Positions 1-7,428 of a stretch of DNA of 32,659 bases are shown here, one piece after another. The notes beneath the pieces are model-generated. The model was not told the DNA's origin. It made no database searches and saw only the letters and a program-made list of their open reading frames with translations. The stretch spans positions 1 through 32,659 of the IMG/VR virus record IMGVR_UViG_3300007229_000039; one strand, written 5' to 3'. Numbering within the stretch: the stretch's first letter is position 1; the number at the start of each line of letters is the position of its first letter. Made by a program: the position numbers and the translations under genes. Source of the DNA: a virus (lineage: Duplodnaviria; Caudoviricetes).

Positions 1-245
1 TTATAAAAAGACATATAGCCAGCATGGTGCGCCCTATAGGTCGAGCCGTCCACTGTTTCTACATCACGTTTCTTTTTACTGCGAGCTGATATGATGTAAT
101 GGTCTTTGTCTGTTTGGATAAAGTAACGTGCTACGCTGTTTCTATCTTGTCGCACTGTTGCGCCTAGTTTCTCCGCTGCCTTTGCTGCTAGCTTTACTAC
201 TCGACGAGCTGTTTTTGGTGATGCCTTGCTGATTAAGTTTAACAT
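1..245 (-). CDS. Early hypothetical protein, partial (runs off window edge)
   Basis: Not in ORF track. ATG at 245 reads MLNLISKASPKTARRVVKLAAKAAEKLGATVRQDRNSVARYFIQ... with no stop before position 1; same strand as all other genes. Confidence 0.7.
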   Translation of the reverse strand, partial: MLNLISKASPKTARRVVKLAAKAAEKLGATVRQDRNSVARYFIQTDKDHYIISARSKKKRDVETVDGSTYRAHHAGYMSFY

Positions 246-330
246 GGTCTTTAGTCTCTTTGTTGTGTTGCGTTAGTGTTAAGGTAATTATGGTCTAGCT
301 AAAAAAATAAATACAGTGTTAATTGTGGTA

Positions 331-516
331 TTAGTTGGCTTTTCTGATTAATTTAATTTGTTCTGTGGTTCTAGCCTCATAAAAGTTAGTGAGCCATTCA
401 TTGACGTTTACATATTCCCTACCATCAATCGATGTAAAAACAGCTATTACTTTGCCTTTTACTTTATAACCGTCATGGCTAGTGTATTGTACAATGTCAT
501 TTTCTTGAACTTTCAT
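331..516 (-). CDS. Early hypothetical protein (61 aa)
   Basis: AAGGTGA Shine-Dalgarno upstream of ATG; tightly packed behind the previous gene; small beta-rich phage-type protein. Confidence 0.7.
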   Translation of the reverse strand: MKVQENDIVQYTSHDGYKVKGKVIAVFTSIDGREYVNVNEWLTNFYEARTTEQIKLIRKAN

Positions 517-526
517 AATATCACCC

Positions 527-1372
527 TTATAAAGCTAATTGTAATTGATTAAGTGTTGACTGATTGAAAAAGAAGCTATTTCCAGTGTTATCAGTGTGAC
601 GCTCGGCTTTGTTGCTGCCCTTGCGCTTGAGTGTACCTATAGCGTTAACCGCATCTTTAAAACGTACGTCTGTTTCGTCCATATCAATCAAAGGAATATC
701 GCCTATTGATTGTGGTCGCTTCCATTCACCTTTTGTCTCTGCCGTGTTTAATGCTATAACTACCCGTTTACCTGCTTTGATTGCCTTGGCTGTTTGGCTT
801 ATAGTTCGGTCGTTGTTGGCACTGCCTGAAAAGGTTAGATCATAGTTGGCTAGTTGGTTAGTTTTTACCCTATAGTATATTTTAGTGTAGTCGTAGAATT
901 GAACAGCGGGCATTGATTCTATAAGACTATTAAAATCAATATCGCTGGTGCCATTTAATCTTATAGCTAAATCATCACCATACTTTGCATGGTGCTTGCT
1001 AATTTCACGTTTTAACTCACTGTTAAACCGTTCGGCTTCCAATAAATAACAGATGGTGCGCTTGATCTTGGCATTGTCACCAGTTTGCATACCCAACTGT
1101 CCGCTAGACTCCAAACACCCTGCTTTACATCCTGCTAGTTGAGCCGCTGCGCATATTGTGGCTGCCGCTATTGAATCCGCTGGTTTAAGGTATAAGATGC
1201 CAGTGTATACGTTTAACTTTTTACCCTTAACAATCTTAGCGCTGCTATTGACGTTTATAAGTGGTGTATTACTACTTGTAAGGTACTGCCAGTTATTGAC
1301 TGCCCACTGTTTCGCCAAAGGTGTTAGCTTATCGCTGTTTAATACTTCTAATCGAGTCGCTTGTAATTTCAT
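527..1372 (-). CDS. GP88-like phage protein with Cys cluster (possible Fe-S / radical-SAM-like fold)
   Basis: 281 aa; CAAAQLAGCKAGC (CX7CX3C), IRLNGTSDI, QFYDYTK and YDLTFS motifs resemble the phage 'gene 88' family as I recall it. Confidence 0.65.
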   Translation of the reverse strand: MKLQATRLEVLNSDKLTPLAKQWAVNNWQYLTSSNTPLINVNSSAKIVKGKKLNVYTGILYLKPADSIAAATICAAAQLAGCKAGCLESSGQLGMQTGDNAKIKRTICYLLEAERFNSELKREISKHHAKYGDDLAIRLNGTSDIDFNSLIESMPAVQFYDYTKIYYRVKTNQLANYDLTFSGSANNDRTISQTAKAIKAGKRVVIALNTAETKGEWKRPQSIGDIPLIDMDETDVRFKDAVNAIGTLKRKGSNKAERHTDNTGNSFFFNQSTLNQLQLAL

Positions 1373-1420
1373 GGTGGTAGTCTCAAAAGTGGCAAGCGTT
1401 AATCGCTCGACTTGTTAACA

Positions 1421-1448
1421 AGTGTACACGGTCTATAGGATAGTGCAA
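1421..1448 (-). promoter_or_regulatory. Candidate host sigma70 early promoter
   Basis: Minus strand TTGCAC-16 nt-TACACT, about 50 nt upstream of the first early gene, where T7-like phages place host-RNAP promoters. Confidence 0.45.
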
Positions 1449-1514
1449 GTGTTTGAAGTGTTAATAGTTGGCATTAAATGAAAAAACAGATAGAGACAAA
1501 GAGAGACACATGAT

Positions 1515-1718
1515 AATGAGAATCATTCGCATTAACGACAAAGATACCATAGAATCTTAATGATAATCATTCGCATTAACTTGGCATCTGATTATCAATC
1601 TGGTGTCCACCTATATAGGAACAAGAATCATTCGCATTTGTGTCCCTTAGCGTGTCCTAAAAGATGTTAATGAGAATCATTCGCATTTGCGTGACAGTGA
1701 ATGAGAATCATTCGCATT
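1515..1718. promoter_or_regulatory. Array of five Fur-box-like 19-bp imperfect palindromes
   Basis: AATGAGAATCATTCGCATT at 1515-1533, 1669-1687 and 1700-1718; AATGATAATCATTCGCATT at 1559-1577; AACAAGAATCATTCGCATT at 1620-1638. 1512-1530 matches the classical Fur box GATAATGATAATCATTATC at 16/19. Confidence 0.75.
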
Positions 1719-1724
1719 GAGGGC

Positions 1725-1772
1725 ATGGGGGAATACTGCCATCTCGTATATCGATATACCACCTCAGATTTT
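1725..1772 (-). other. Predicted genome terminus / start of direct terminal repeat (about 1756)
   Basis: Minus strand AAAATCTGAG-29 nt-TTCCCCCAT, resembling the sequence around the start of the T7 terminal repeat; lies between the terminase end of the genome and the early genes. Confidence 0.55.
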
Positions 1773-2069
1773 TGCTTCAAAATGAGGCTAATCCATGTGT
1801 ACACTAAAGGCTACTTCATGAACACTAGCGGGAGCTATGTCGATACTTAACGTGAGTTTTTCGTGACAAAAACACGACACTTTCCCTAAGATTTCTGTCA
1901 AAAGTAGGGGGTGTTTGGGAGCTATTATGGTGAAAAGAGGGGGATGATTTAGTCCATCCCCAAGACTCCCTGAGAAACCCAATGATTACAGTAGGGAGTT
2001 TAACGAAATACTTAGGTTTCTAAGGGAAGTACGGGATCACCTCCTAGATAGGTGTGTGGTGGAAGTATG

Positions 2070-2145
2070 CTAAGATATTCTACAGGCTCCTAAGAACACT
2101 TAAGGAATCCTACAGGCTCCTAAGATACCTAAAGATATATAAGAG
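2070..2145. repeat. Short CTAAG/CTACAG repeats with about 10-bp periodicity near the right genome end
   Basis: CTACAGGCTCCTAAGA at 2080-2095 and 2110-2125; TAAG/TACAG units begin at 2071, 2081, 2091, 2101, 2111 and 2121; reminiscent of T7 CCTAAAG end repeats. Confidence 0.6.
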
Positions 2146-2196
2146 TTACTACTCTATATACTATAGTATATCAAAGGGGGCGGGGGGAGCTTCTTC

Positions 2197-2217
2197 CTAA
2201 TAGGGGAACCTTCGAGA
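2197..2217 (-). promoter_or_regulatory. Putative phage RNA polymerase promoter (phiOR-like, right end)
   Basis: Minus strand TCTCGAAGGTTCCCCTATTAG, identical 21-mer at 27397-27417; T7/SP6-like ...CTAT(T)AG end; both copies are intergenic. Confidence 0.75.
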
Positions 2218-2228
2218 CTTGTTAGTAG

Positions 2229-2241
2229 TATCAAGCACTTA
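2229..2241 (+). promoter_or_regulatory. IHF consensus site upstream of phage promoter
   Basis: TATCAAGCACTTA = WATCAANNNNTTR; same offset from the promoter as the site at 27429. Confidence 0.6.
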
Positions 2242-2511
2242 CACAGCCGACAGGCTGGGGGTTAATTCCTCTACTTTTATCACCCAAGACTGAGGAATAG
2301 CGATGTACGCACTACCCTCTTCTAGCTCATTATCCTCAGTTACTATTCTAGATCTCATGATAATGCACTTATCAGGGTCATTGTGGACTAGCCACCCTAC
2401 TTCCTGACAGGTAGCTGGTTCATGATCTAATATAGTCTCCACATCTGTCCATGTACCATCTGAATCTATGGCATCCTTCCATGTTAGTCTTACCATTGGT
2501 ACGTCTGTCAT
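2239..2511 (-). CDS. Conserved hypothetical phage protein
   Basis: MVRLTWKDA...W...VGWL...IP pattern of a common small phage family; ATG at 2511 overlaps the terminase stop (ATGA); the ORF track starts it at 2517. Confidence 0.75.
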   Translation of the reverse strand: MTDVPMVRLTWKDAIDSDGTWTDVETILDHEPATCQEVGWLVHNDPDKCIIMRSRIVTEDNELEEGSAYIAIPQSWVIKVEELTPSLSAV

Positions 2512-4181
2512 ATCCATGTATTAGCCCTTTGTGATGATGATTTAAGATTAAAGCCATTAACAAACTTATCTAGCTCATTCATGAGTACTTGTTCTTTACG
2601 CTCTCTCATTTCTGTGTCAACATCTGCTGCCATCTGTTCTACCCAATATGCTACACCCATTGCCAGAGCATCTAACCTATCGTCATGTGCTAAGGAGCCT
2701 CGTTCTTTTGTTACACGAGTCAGTTGGTATGTAAGCATGTATTTCTGAGCTTTCTCAGTTGGGTGGTGTTGGACACTATCAAAGTCTTGTTGAATGACCT
2801 TTGGATCGATGATCAACTTGTGCTGGTTCATAACTGGCTCAAGTGTATCAATGATACGCAGCTCTTTCTGCTTGCTGTGTCGCACCTCTTCAGTTGTAAC
2901 AGGGTATATCTTCTTTAGTATAGGTTTAATCAGTTCTGTAAACATTCCGTCACCGAAGTTACTCTCTATGAGGAGCATGTTTACTTTATGGTCTTTAGCT
3001 ATGTGAGCCAGTCTAGTTAGTGTCTGCTCACTATAACCACCCTTAATACCTCCGCAAGCGGCGACATACAAGTAACCATTAAGCATCTTAACGACTGCAT
3101 AGGCTGTTTCATCCTGACCTCTACCAGATGGATCTATTACTAGCACTGAGCCGTCATAGTCCACGTAGGAGCCAAGGAGAGCCTCTGGAGCGAAGAACTT
3201 GTCACCACTAAGGCCAACATTAGGGAGATCCTTAACCTCCTTCATAACGCCATACACGAGCTTCTCGGGTGCCTTGTCTTTATCGATAGACATAACCATA
3301 AGATCTGAGAGCTTCAGAGGGTATCTGTCGGTGTCCGATAGGCTTGTATCGAGCATAAATTGTAGTGCAAAACCTGATCTACCGTAAGATAACTCACGCT
3401 CAAGTAGGTCATCATCATCAAATCGCTTAGGATCTACTGGTTGGCCGTCTATGGGATTTGCTGCTTCACGCATAGCTTTCCACATCATAGGGGCTAAACG
3501 CTCACCATAGGCTTTCTCGGCGTACTCAATGGAAGGATAGCGAGCTGTCCAGACTCTCATCTGGTATCCACGCTCTGTGAGTGTATTATAAAGACTCATT
3601 TCGCACTGTGGTGTTCCCAGATAGAGGATCTTCCCTTCTGGTTTGAGTACAGCGTCAAATTCCTTAACAGCTTCACCTAATTTCTCTCTCATCATCTGAG
3701 TCATAGAGTTATTAGGTACTTCGATGTCATCTGCAATGATAATGTCTGCCCGACTGCCTGTGAGCTGACCAGTAATACCGACTGATTTAACAGAAGGACT
3801 ACCACTAGCCAGCGCAGGTCTTACGTCAAACGCAATCTTACTCCACCGTTGCTCACTTGTTGCTATGAGATGTTGGCACATGGGGAGTTCTAAGATCAGA
3901 CGTTGAGTGAATGTGGAAAAATCATCAGCTCTCTGTTTAGAGGCCGACACAACCATGAACTTCTTTTGTGGATCTAGAAGTAATTGGTGTACCACGAATG
4001 CAGCAGTGATGTATGACTTACCTACACCCCGAAAAGCCTCGATGATTGATCTACGAGGACAGTTTTGGATGAACTCAGCCATGTCATATTGAACTGGAGT
4101 TGGATCAGGCAGGTTAAGGTGCTTCCAAACGATATACATGAAGTTACGGAAGTCTTTTAACTGCTCTGGCATCTTATCCAT
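2508..4181 (-). CDS. terL: Terminase large subunit (T7 gp19-like)
   Basis: AFRGVGKS Walker A, GSRADIIIADDIE Walker B, IDPSGRGQDET and HDDRLDALA nuclease motifs. Confidence 0.97.
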   Translation of the reverse strand: MDKMPEQLKDFRNFMYIVWKHLNLPDPTPVQYDMAEFIQNCPRRSIIEAFRGVGKSYITAAFVVHQLLLDPQKKFMVVSASKQRADDFSTFTQRLILELPMCQHLIATSEQRWSKIAFDVRPALASGSPSVKSVGITGQLTGSRADIIIADDIEVPNNSMTQMMREKLGEAVKEFDAVLKPEGKILYLGTPQCEMSLYNTLTERGYQMRVWTARYPSIEYAEKAYGERLAPMMWKAMREAANPIDGQPVDPKRFDDDDLLERELSYGRSGFALQFMLDTSLSDTDRYPLKLSDLMVMSIDKDKAPEKLVYGVMKEVKDLPNVGLSGDKFFAPEALLGSYVDYDGSVLVIDPSGRGQDETAYAVVKMLNGYLYVAACGGIKGGYSEQTLTRLAHIAKDHKVNMLLIESNFGDGMFTELIKPILKKIYPVTTEEVRHSKQKELRIIDTLEPVMNQHKLIIDPKVIQQDFDSVQHHPTEKAQKYMLTYQLTRVTKERGSLAHDDRLDALAMGVAYWVEQMAADVDTEMRERKEQVLMNELDKFVNGFNLKSSSQRANTWI

Positions 4182-4395
4182 TACGGCTCCTGTTACGCTT
4201 CACACTGGAGATGCGAAGGTTTGATCTACTGTTATTATTAGGGTTACGATCTTTGTGATCTATGTCTTTACCTTTGATAGCCGCAGCTCCCACAGTCTTC
4301 TTAATTTTAAGTCTGGCTTTATTACGGGATGATCTACGTGCTATCTGTTCTGGCTTACCTTGGTAGTTGGCGTATTCTTTTTTATAGTCACGCAT
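4174..4395 (-). CDS. Small HNH-type endonuclease
   Basis: DIDHKDRNPNNNSRSNLR...N HNH signature; very basic; between the two terminase subunits. Confidence 0.8.
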   Translation of the reverse strand: MRDYKKEYANYQGKPEQIARRSSRNKARLKIKKTVGAAAIKGKDIDHKDRNPNNNSRSNLRISSVKRNRSRNG

Positions 4396-4598
4396 TAATG
4401 AGTTGCCTCTTCAAAAGGTAGTGCTGTCAATAAGCTTGCCATAGGAGACTCAGCAGTAACTATATCGTTACTCGCTCCATTGTCTTTGAGAAACTTTACG
4501 GCAACTGATAACTCCGCTGGCGTAGCTTCTCCTGATTTGACTCTTGCTAATAATTCTTTAGTCACACCTTCGTGCAACTCGCTTAGTAAATCTTTCAT
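4395..4598 (-). CDS. terS: Terminase small subunit (T7 gp18-like)
   Basis: LSELH...LLARVKSGEATPAELSVAVKFLKDNG...LPF pattern and position. Confidence 0.88.
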   Translation of the reverse strand: MKDLLSELHEGVTKELLARVKSGEATPAELSVAVKFLKDNGASNDIVTAESPMASLLTALPFEEATH

Positions 4599-4600
4599 AT

Positions 4601-4993
4601 TTATCCTTTCATTACTTTCGCTATCTTCTCTCCACTTCTACCTACAACGTAACCACCAAGGCCAAGTTGTAATAGCATCCAAGCTTCATCTCTGAGAGGT
4701 GTTGCCAGAAGCCCTAGAGAGTCCCCTACGGCAAGTACTAAGAAGGTAAGCATTGTTATTGGTCGCCATGCAGCAACGATGAGGTGCTCACTCTTAGCCT
4801 CTGAGGACACTATAGCTTGCTGTCCTTTGATCATCTCTGTTTCGTAATCAAATACACGTTGCATTGCAGCCGCTTGGACATCTAAAAGATGCCCTTTGGC
4901 TCGCAAGCGTTCATCATCGCTGGTGTGGAGTTTGTCAACTAGGTCAGCAGCAGGTTTAAAGATACCTGCAATTAAATCTGTTATACCAATCAT
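4601..4993 (-). CDS. Holin (3TM / GTA-holin-like)
   Basis: LVDKLHTSDDER...EAKS...WRP followed by hydrophobic segments and GGYVVGRSGEK, typical of this holin family. Confidence 0.75.
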   Translation of the reverse strand: MIGITDLIAGIFKPAADLVDKLHTSDDERLRAKGHLLDVQAAAMQRVFDYETEMIKGQQAIVSSEAKSEHLIVAAWRPITMLTFLVLAVGDSLGLLATPLRDEAWMLLQLGLGGYVVGRSGEKIAKVMKG

Positions 4994-5214
4994 ATTCCTC
5001 CGATAACTTTAATGAATTGTGAAAATCCCATCTCCTGTGCAAAGTAAACAACAGCTCCTCCCACTACTAACCACTTAATTTGCATTAAGGTTCGGTTAAT
5101 ACTGTCGAGCATACTTCTAAGACCCTCAGCCTGAGCTGTGAGGGCGCTTAACTGTTCGTCATGTGCATCGACTCGCCACTCTAGGCGGTCAACGTGTTGT
5201 TTTAGGTCGTCCAT
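4990..5214 (-). CDS. Small coiled-coil membrane protein (possible lysis accessory)
   Basis: N-terminal heptad coiled coil then C-terminal hydrophobic helix; ATGA-coupled to the holin. Confidence 0.6.
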   Translation of the reverse strand: MDDLKQHVDRLEWRVDAHDEQLSALTAQAEGLRSMLDSINRTLMQIKWLVVGGAVVYFAQEMGFSQFIKVIGGI

Positions 5215-5224
5215 GTGTTGTCCT

Positions 5225-5809
5225 TTATGCTATTAATTTATAAGCCCCAAAAGAAGCTGGGTTGTTCTGTAAACTAGCATCTCCATAAATAGGAACACCT
5301 GAAACACTGGTAAAAGCGTAAAGCTCAACTGTATCTGTTGCAGATAAACTTAAAGTTGTATTAATTGTTACTTCTTGATACCCAGATACATCTATGTTTT
5401 CATCAAAAGGCGACCGAGTAAAAACTCTTGAGCCATTTACATAGATAGCTAAAGTTGGTCTTTTTACTGTTGCATTATTAAACATAGCCGTCCCATAGAT
5501 ATAATAAAGACCGCCTTCATTTGCTGGTACTGTAAAAGTACCTCCTGTATAAGCACTGTTACTATCGTATGCTTCTGTGTTAGGAGAAATTTTAGTCCAA
5601 GTAGAAGTTGATAAAGCACTTGTTGAAGAGCTTAAAGTTGCTCTAAAATTAGGAGTATTAGTCCCACCAGCAGCTAAGTTAGTCAGTGCCGACCCATTAA
5701 GAGCTGGTAGATTTCCTGAAAGTTTAGTTGCGTCTAACGTAGAGGCGCTCGTAAGCACCCCTGTTGAATCGAATGGTACATAATCTGCTAAGGTTCTTGC
5801 CTTAGTCAT
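5225..5809 (-). CDS. C1q-like domain virion fibre / adhesin protein
   Basis: MTKARTLAD start, LPALNGSALTNL linker, FRATLS...WTKI...YD...FTVP...GLYYIY...LSATDTVELY...FGAYKL, a C1q-type jelly-roll pattern. Confidence 0.7.
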   Translation of the reverse strand: MTKARTLADYVPFDSTGVLTSASTLDATKLSGNLPALNGSALTNLAAGGTNTPNFRATLSSSTSALSTSTWTKISPNTEAYDSNSAYTGGTFTVPANEGGLYYIYGTAMFNNATVKRPTLAIYVNGSRVFTRSPFDENIDVSGYQEVTINTTLSLSATDTVELYAFTSVSGVPIYGDASLQNNPASFGAYKLIA

Positions 5810-5822
5810 AATGAGTAACCTC

Positions 5823-6311
5823 TTAAAGTAAGTCTAAAGTGATAGAATTGTGAAGGTCTGAGTTTCCACCAAAGGTTGAGGCTGAGCTACTTACAACACT
5901 ATACAAATCAGGTCTGTTAAGTGCGTTTAGTAAAGCAACATCATCAGTAGTTTCAGGTTTTGCCCAAGCAATGAGTTTGTTGACCCCAACACTTTGTAGA
6001 TACGTGTGGAGTGGTTCGGCAAAATCCTCGAAAGGTATTAAGCTAAAGTTAATAGAAGAGAAAGCTTTTGCACCGTCTATTAGTAACTCTAACAAACCTT
6101 CACCATCACCGTCTTCTTCTTCTAGCGATAAAACCTTTTTAACACCGTGACCTTGATCTTCTGTTAATTTCCATTTTAACGCATCAAGGACTTTAGAATT
6201 ATCTTCCATACCCATGTTTGAAGTATACTCATCAAAGTATGCTTGATTAGGTGTGTAGATAGATTCTACTAAGTCGCCTGTGACGTTATTATTTTCATAT
6301 AGATTAATCAT
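5823..6311 (-). CDS. Hypothetical acidic protein in tail region
   Basis: 162-aa ORF, TAATG-coupled to the upstream gene; no family recognised. Confidence 0.7.
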   Translation of the reverse strand: MINLYENNNVTGDLVESIYTPNQAYFDEYTSNMGMEDNSKVLDALKWKLTEDQGHGVKKVLSLEEEDGDGEGLLELLIDGAKAFSSINFSLIPFEDFAEPLHTYLQSVGVNKLIAWAKPETTDDVALLNALNRPDLYSVVSSSASTFGGNSDLHNSITLDLL

Positions 6312-6898
6312 TAATTAAGATCCCACGTTATGATTTTCTCGTTATTAACACTATTCAACAGAAACATACCGCCACCATAACTCCCATAGCGCTTGTACTG
6401 AGCACCAGTGGATCGGTATTGATCCTGAAATTCGTTAGCTCTATGCCAGTATGGGCCACCTATGAAAGTGGGAGCACCACCACCTGCTCCGTTATTAATC
6501 GACACGAAATTCAACCAGTTATTCGTAGGGTGGTTGCCTGTTTGGTCAAAATAGTCAAACTCTACTACAGCGTTACGAGCGCCATACTGGTTATACTCGA
6601 CTATCGCAGGGTGTTTATAAGTAACACCACCGAGTTCAAGAGTATAATTGTACGGATTACTACCCGCTGTTCTAGTCACATCGACTGCGGTTCCGTCTGC
6701 AAACCCATAACCAGAACCCCAAGGCGTATTAGATAGAACACCGAAGATAACATAGGTTTGGTCAGCACTCAGGGACGGGCCAGTGTTGGTGGACATTGCG
6801 TTTGCAAACCCCCCACCGAAGTAGGCTTCACCTTCTCCAGCAGGGGTAAGATCATTTATAAGAGACGAGACAAAAGGTTGTACTATATTCTTAATCAT
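6311..6898 (-). CDS. Hypothetical virion / receptor-binding protein
   Basis: 195 aa, Gly/Tyr/Asn-rich beta-type composition, in the fibre cassette. Confidence 0.65.
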   Translation of the reverse strand: MIKNIVQPFVSSLINDLTPAGEGEAYFGGGFANAMSTNTGPSLSADQTYVIFGVLSNTPWGSGYGFADGTAVDVTRTAGSNPYNYTLELGGVTYKHPAIVEYNQYGARNAVVEFDYFDQTGNHPTNNWLNFVSINNGAGGGAPTFIGGPYWHRANEFQDQYRSTGAQYKRYGSYGGGMFLLNSVNNEKIITWDLN

Positions 6899-6906
6899 AC
6901 AGCCCC

Positions 6907-7176
6907 CTACCTAGTTTCATTAAGATAACACTTAGACCCATCGTTTACAGGAGTAGTATGATTCTCTACTGCCCCTGAAATTATAACGTATGGAGGCAAA
7001 GCTAACTCTTTAATATCACTTTCAGTAAATGAGTGGATAAGATGATAATCAACTCCGTTTAGACTCCCAAATAAAGCGCCAGTCAATGAACCTTCTTTAA
7101 CATATTGAACCAGTCCTCGACCCCCACCGCTCATTTTAGGGCGGTAAGGTGCGTTAATGTTTGATAATTGTGGCAT
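6907..7176 (-). CDS. Hypothetical protein in tail region
   Basis: 89-aa ORF with AAGGA SD; fills the gap in the operon. Confidence 0.7.
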   Translation of the reverse strand: MPQLSNINAPYRPKMSGGGRGLVQYVKEGSLTGALFGSLNGVDYHLIHSFTESDIKELALPPYVIISGAVENHTTPVNDGSKCYLNETR

Positions 7177-7191
7177 TTGTGTTTCCTTTGT

Positions 7192-7428
7192 TTAAGATTT
7201 AGATGGTTTAGTTGGAAATAGGTCAGGTGTGGAATATGGGTTTATAGCTGCCTTATCCACCATTTCTGACCATTTGGATGGCATATCACGCAAAGCTTTA
7301 CGGTAAACCGCCCACTCTGCTTTTTTTTCATCCGAGAGAGGGCTGTCAGTGACTTGTGTCCAATCACTAGCTTTTAAAGATGCCCTTCGTTTTTTATCTA
7401 CTTCACTCCATAAATTAAGATAACTCAT
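7192..7428 (-). CDS. Tail fibre assembly chaperone
   Basis: LKASDWTQVTDSPL...WAVYRKALRDMP...FPTKP signature; directly follows the fibre gene. Confidence 0.88.
   Translation of the reverse strand: MSYLNLWSEVDKKRRASLKASDWTQVTDSPLSDEKKAEWAVYRKALRDMPSKWSEMVDKAAINPYSTPDLFPTKPSKS

Noticed and set aside
1515-1718. CRISPR or mini-CRISPR array interpretation of the five repeats
   Set aside because: Repeat is only 19 bp, spacers are 25, 42, 30 and 12 bp, and there are no cas genes; an operator-like palindrome fits better.
1788-1982. 64-aa minus-strand ORF in the end region
   Set aside because: TTG start, no clear SD, no recognisable motif, lies in the terminal non-coding zone; cannot be supported.
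2218-2245. dif/Xer or attP integration site
   Set aside because: Does not match the dif consensus; explained better as an IHF consensus, and no integrase is in the window.
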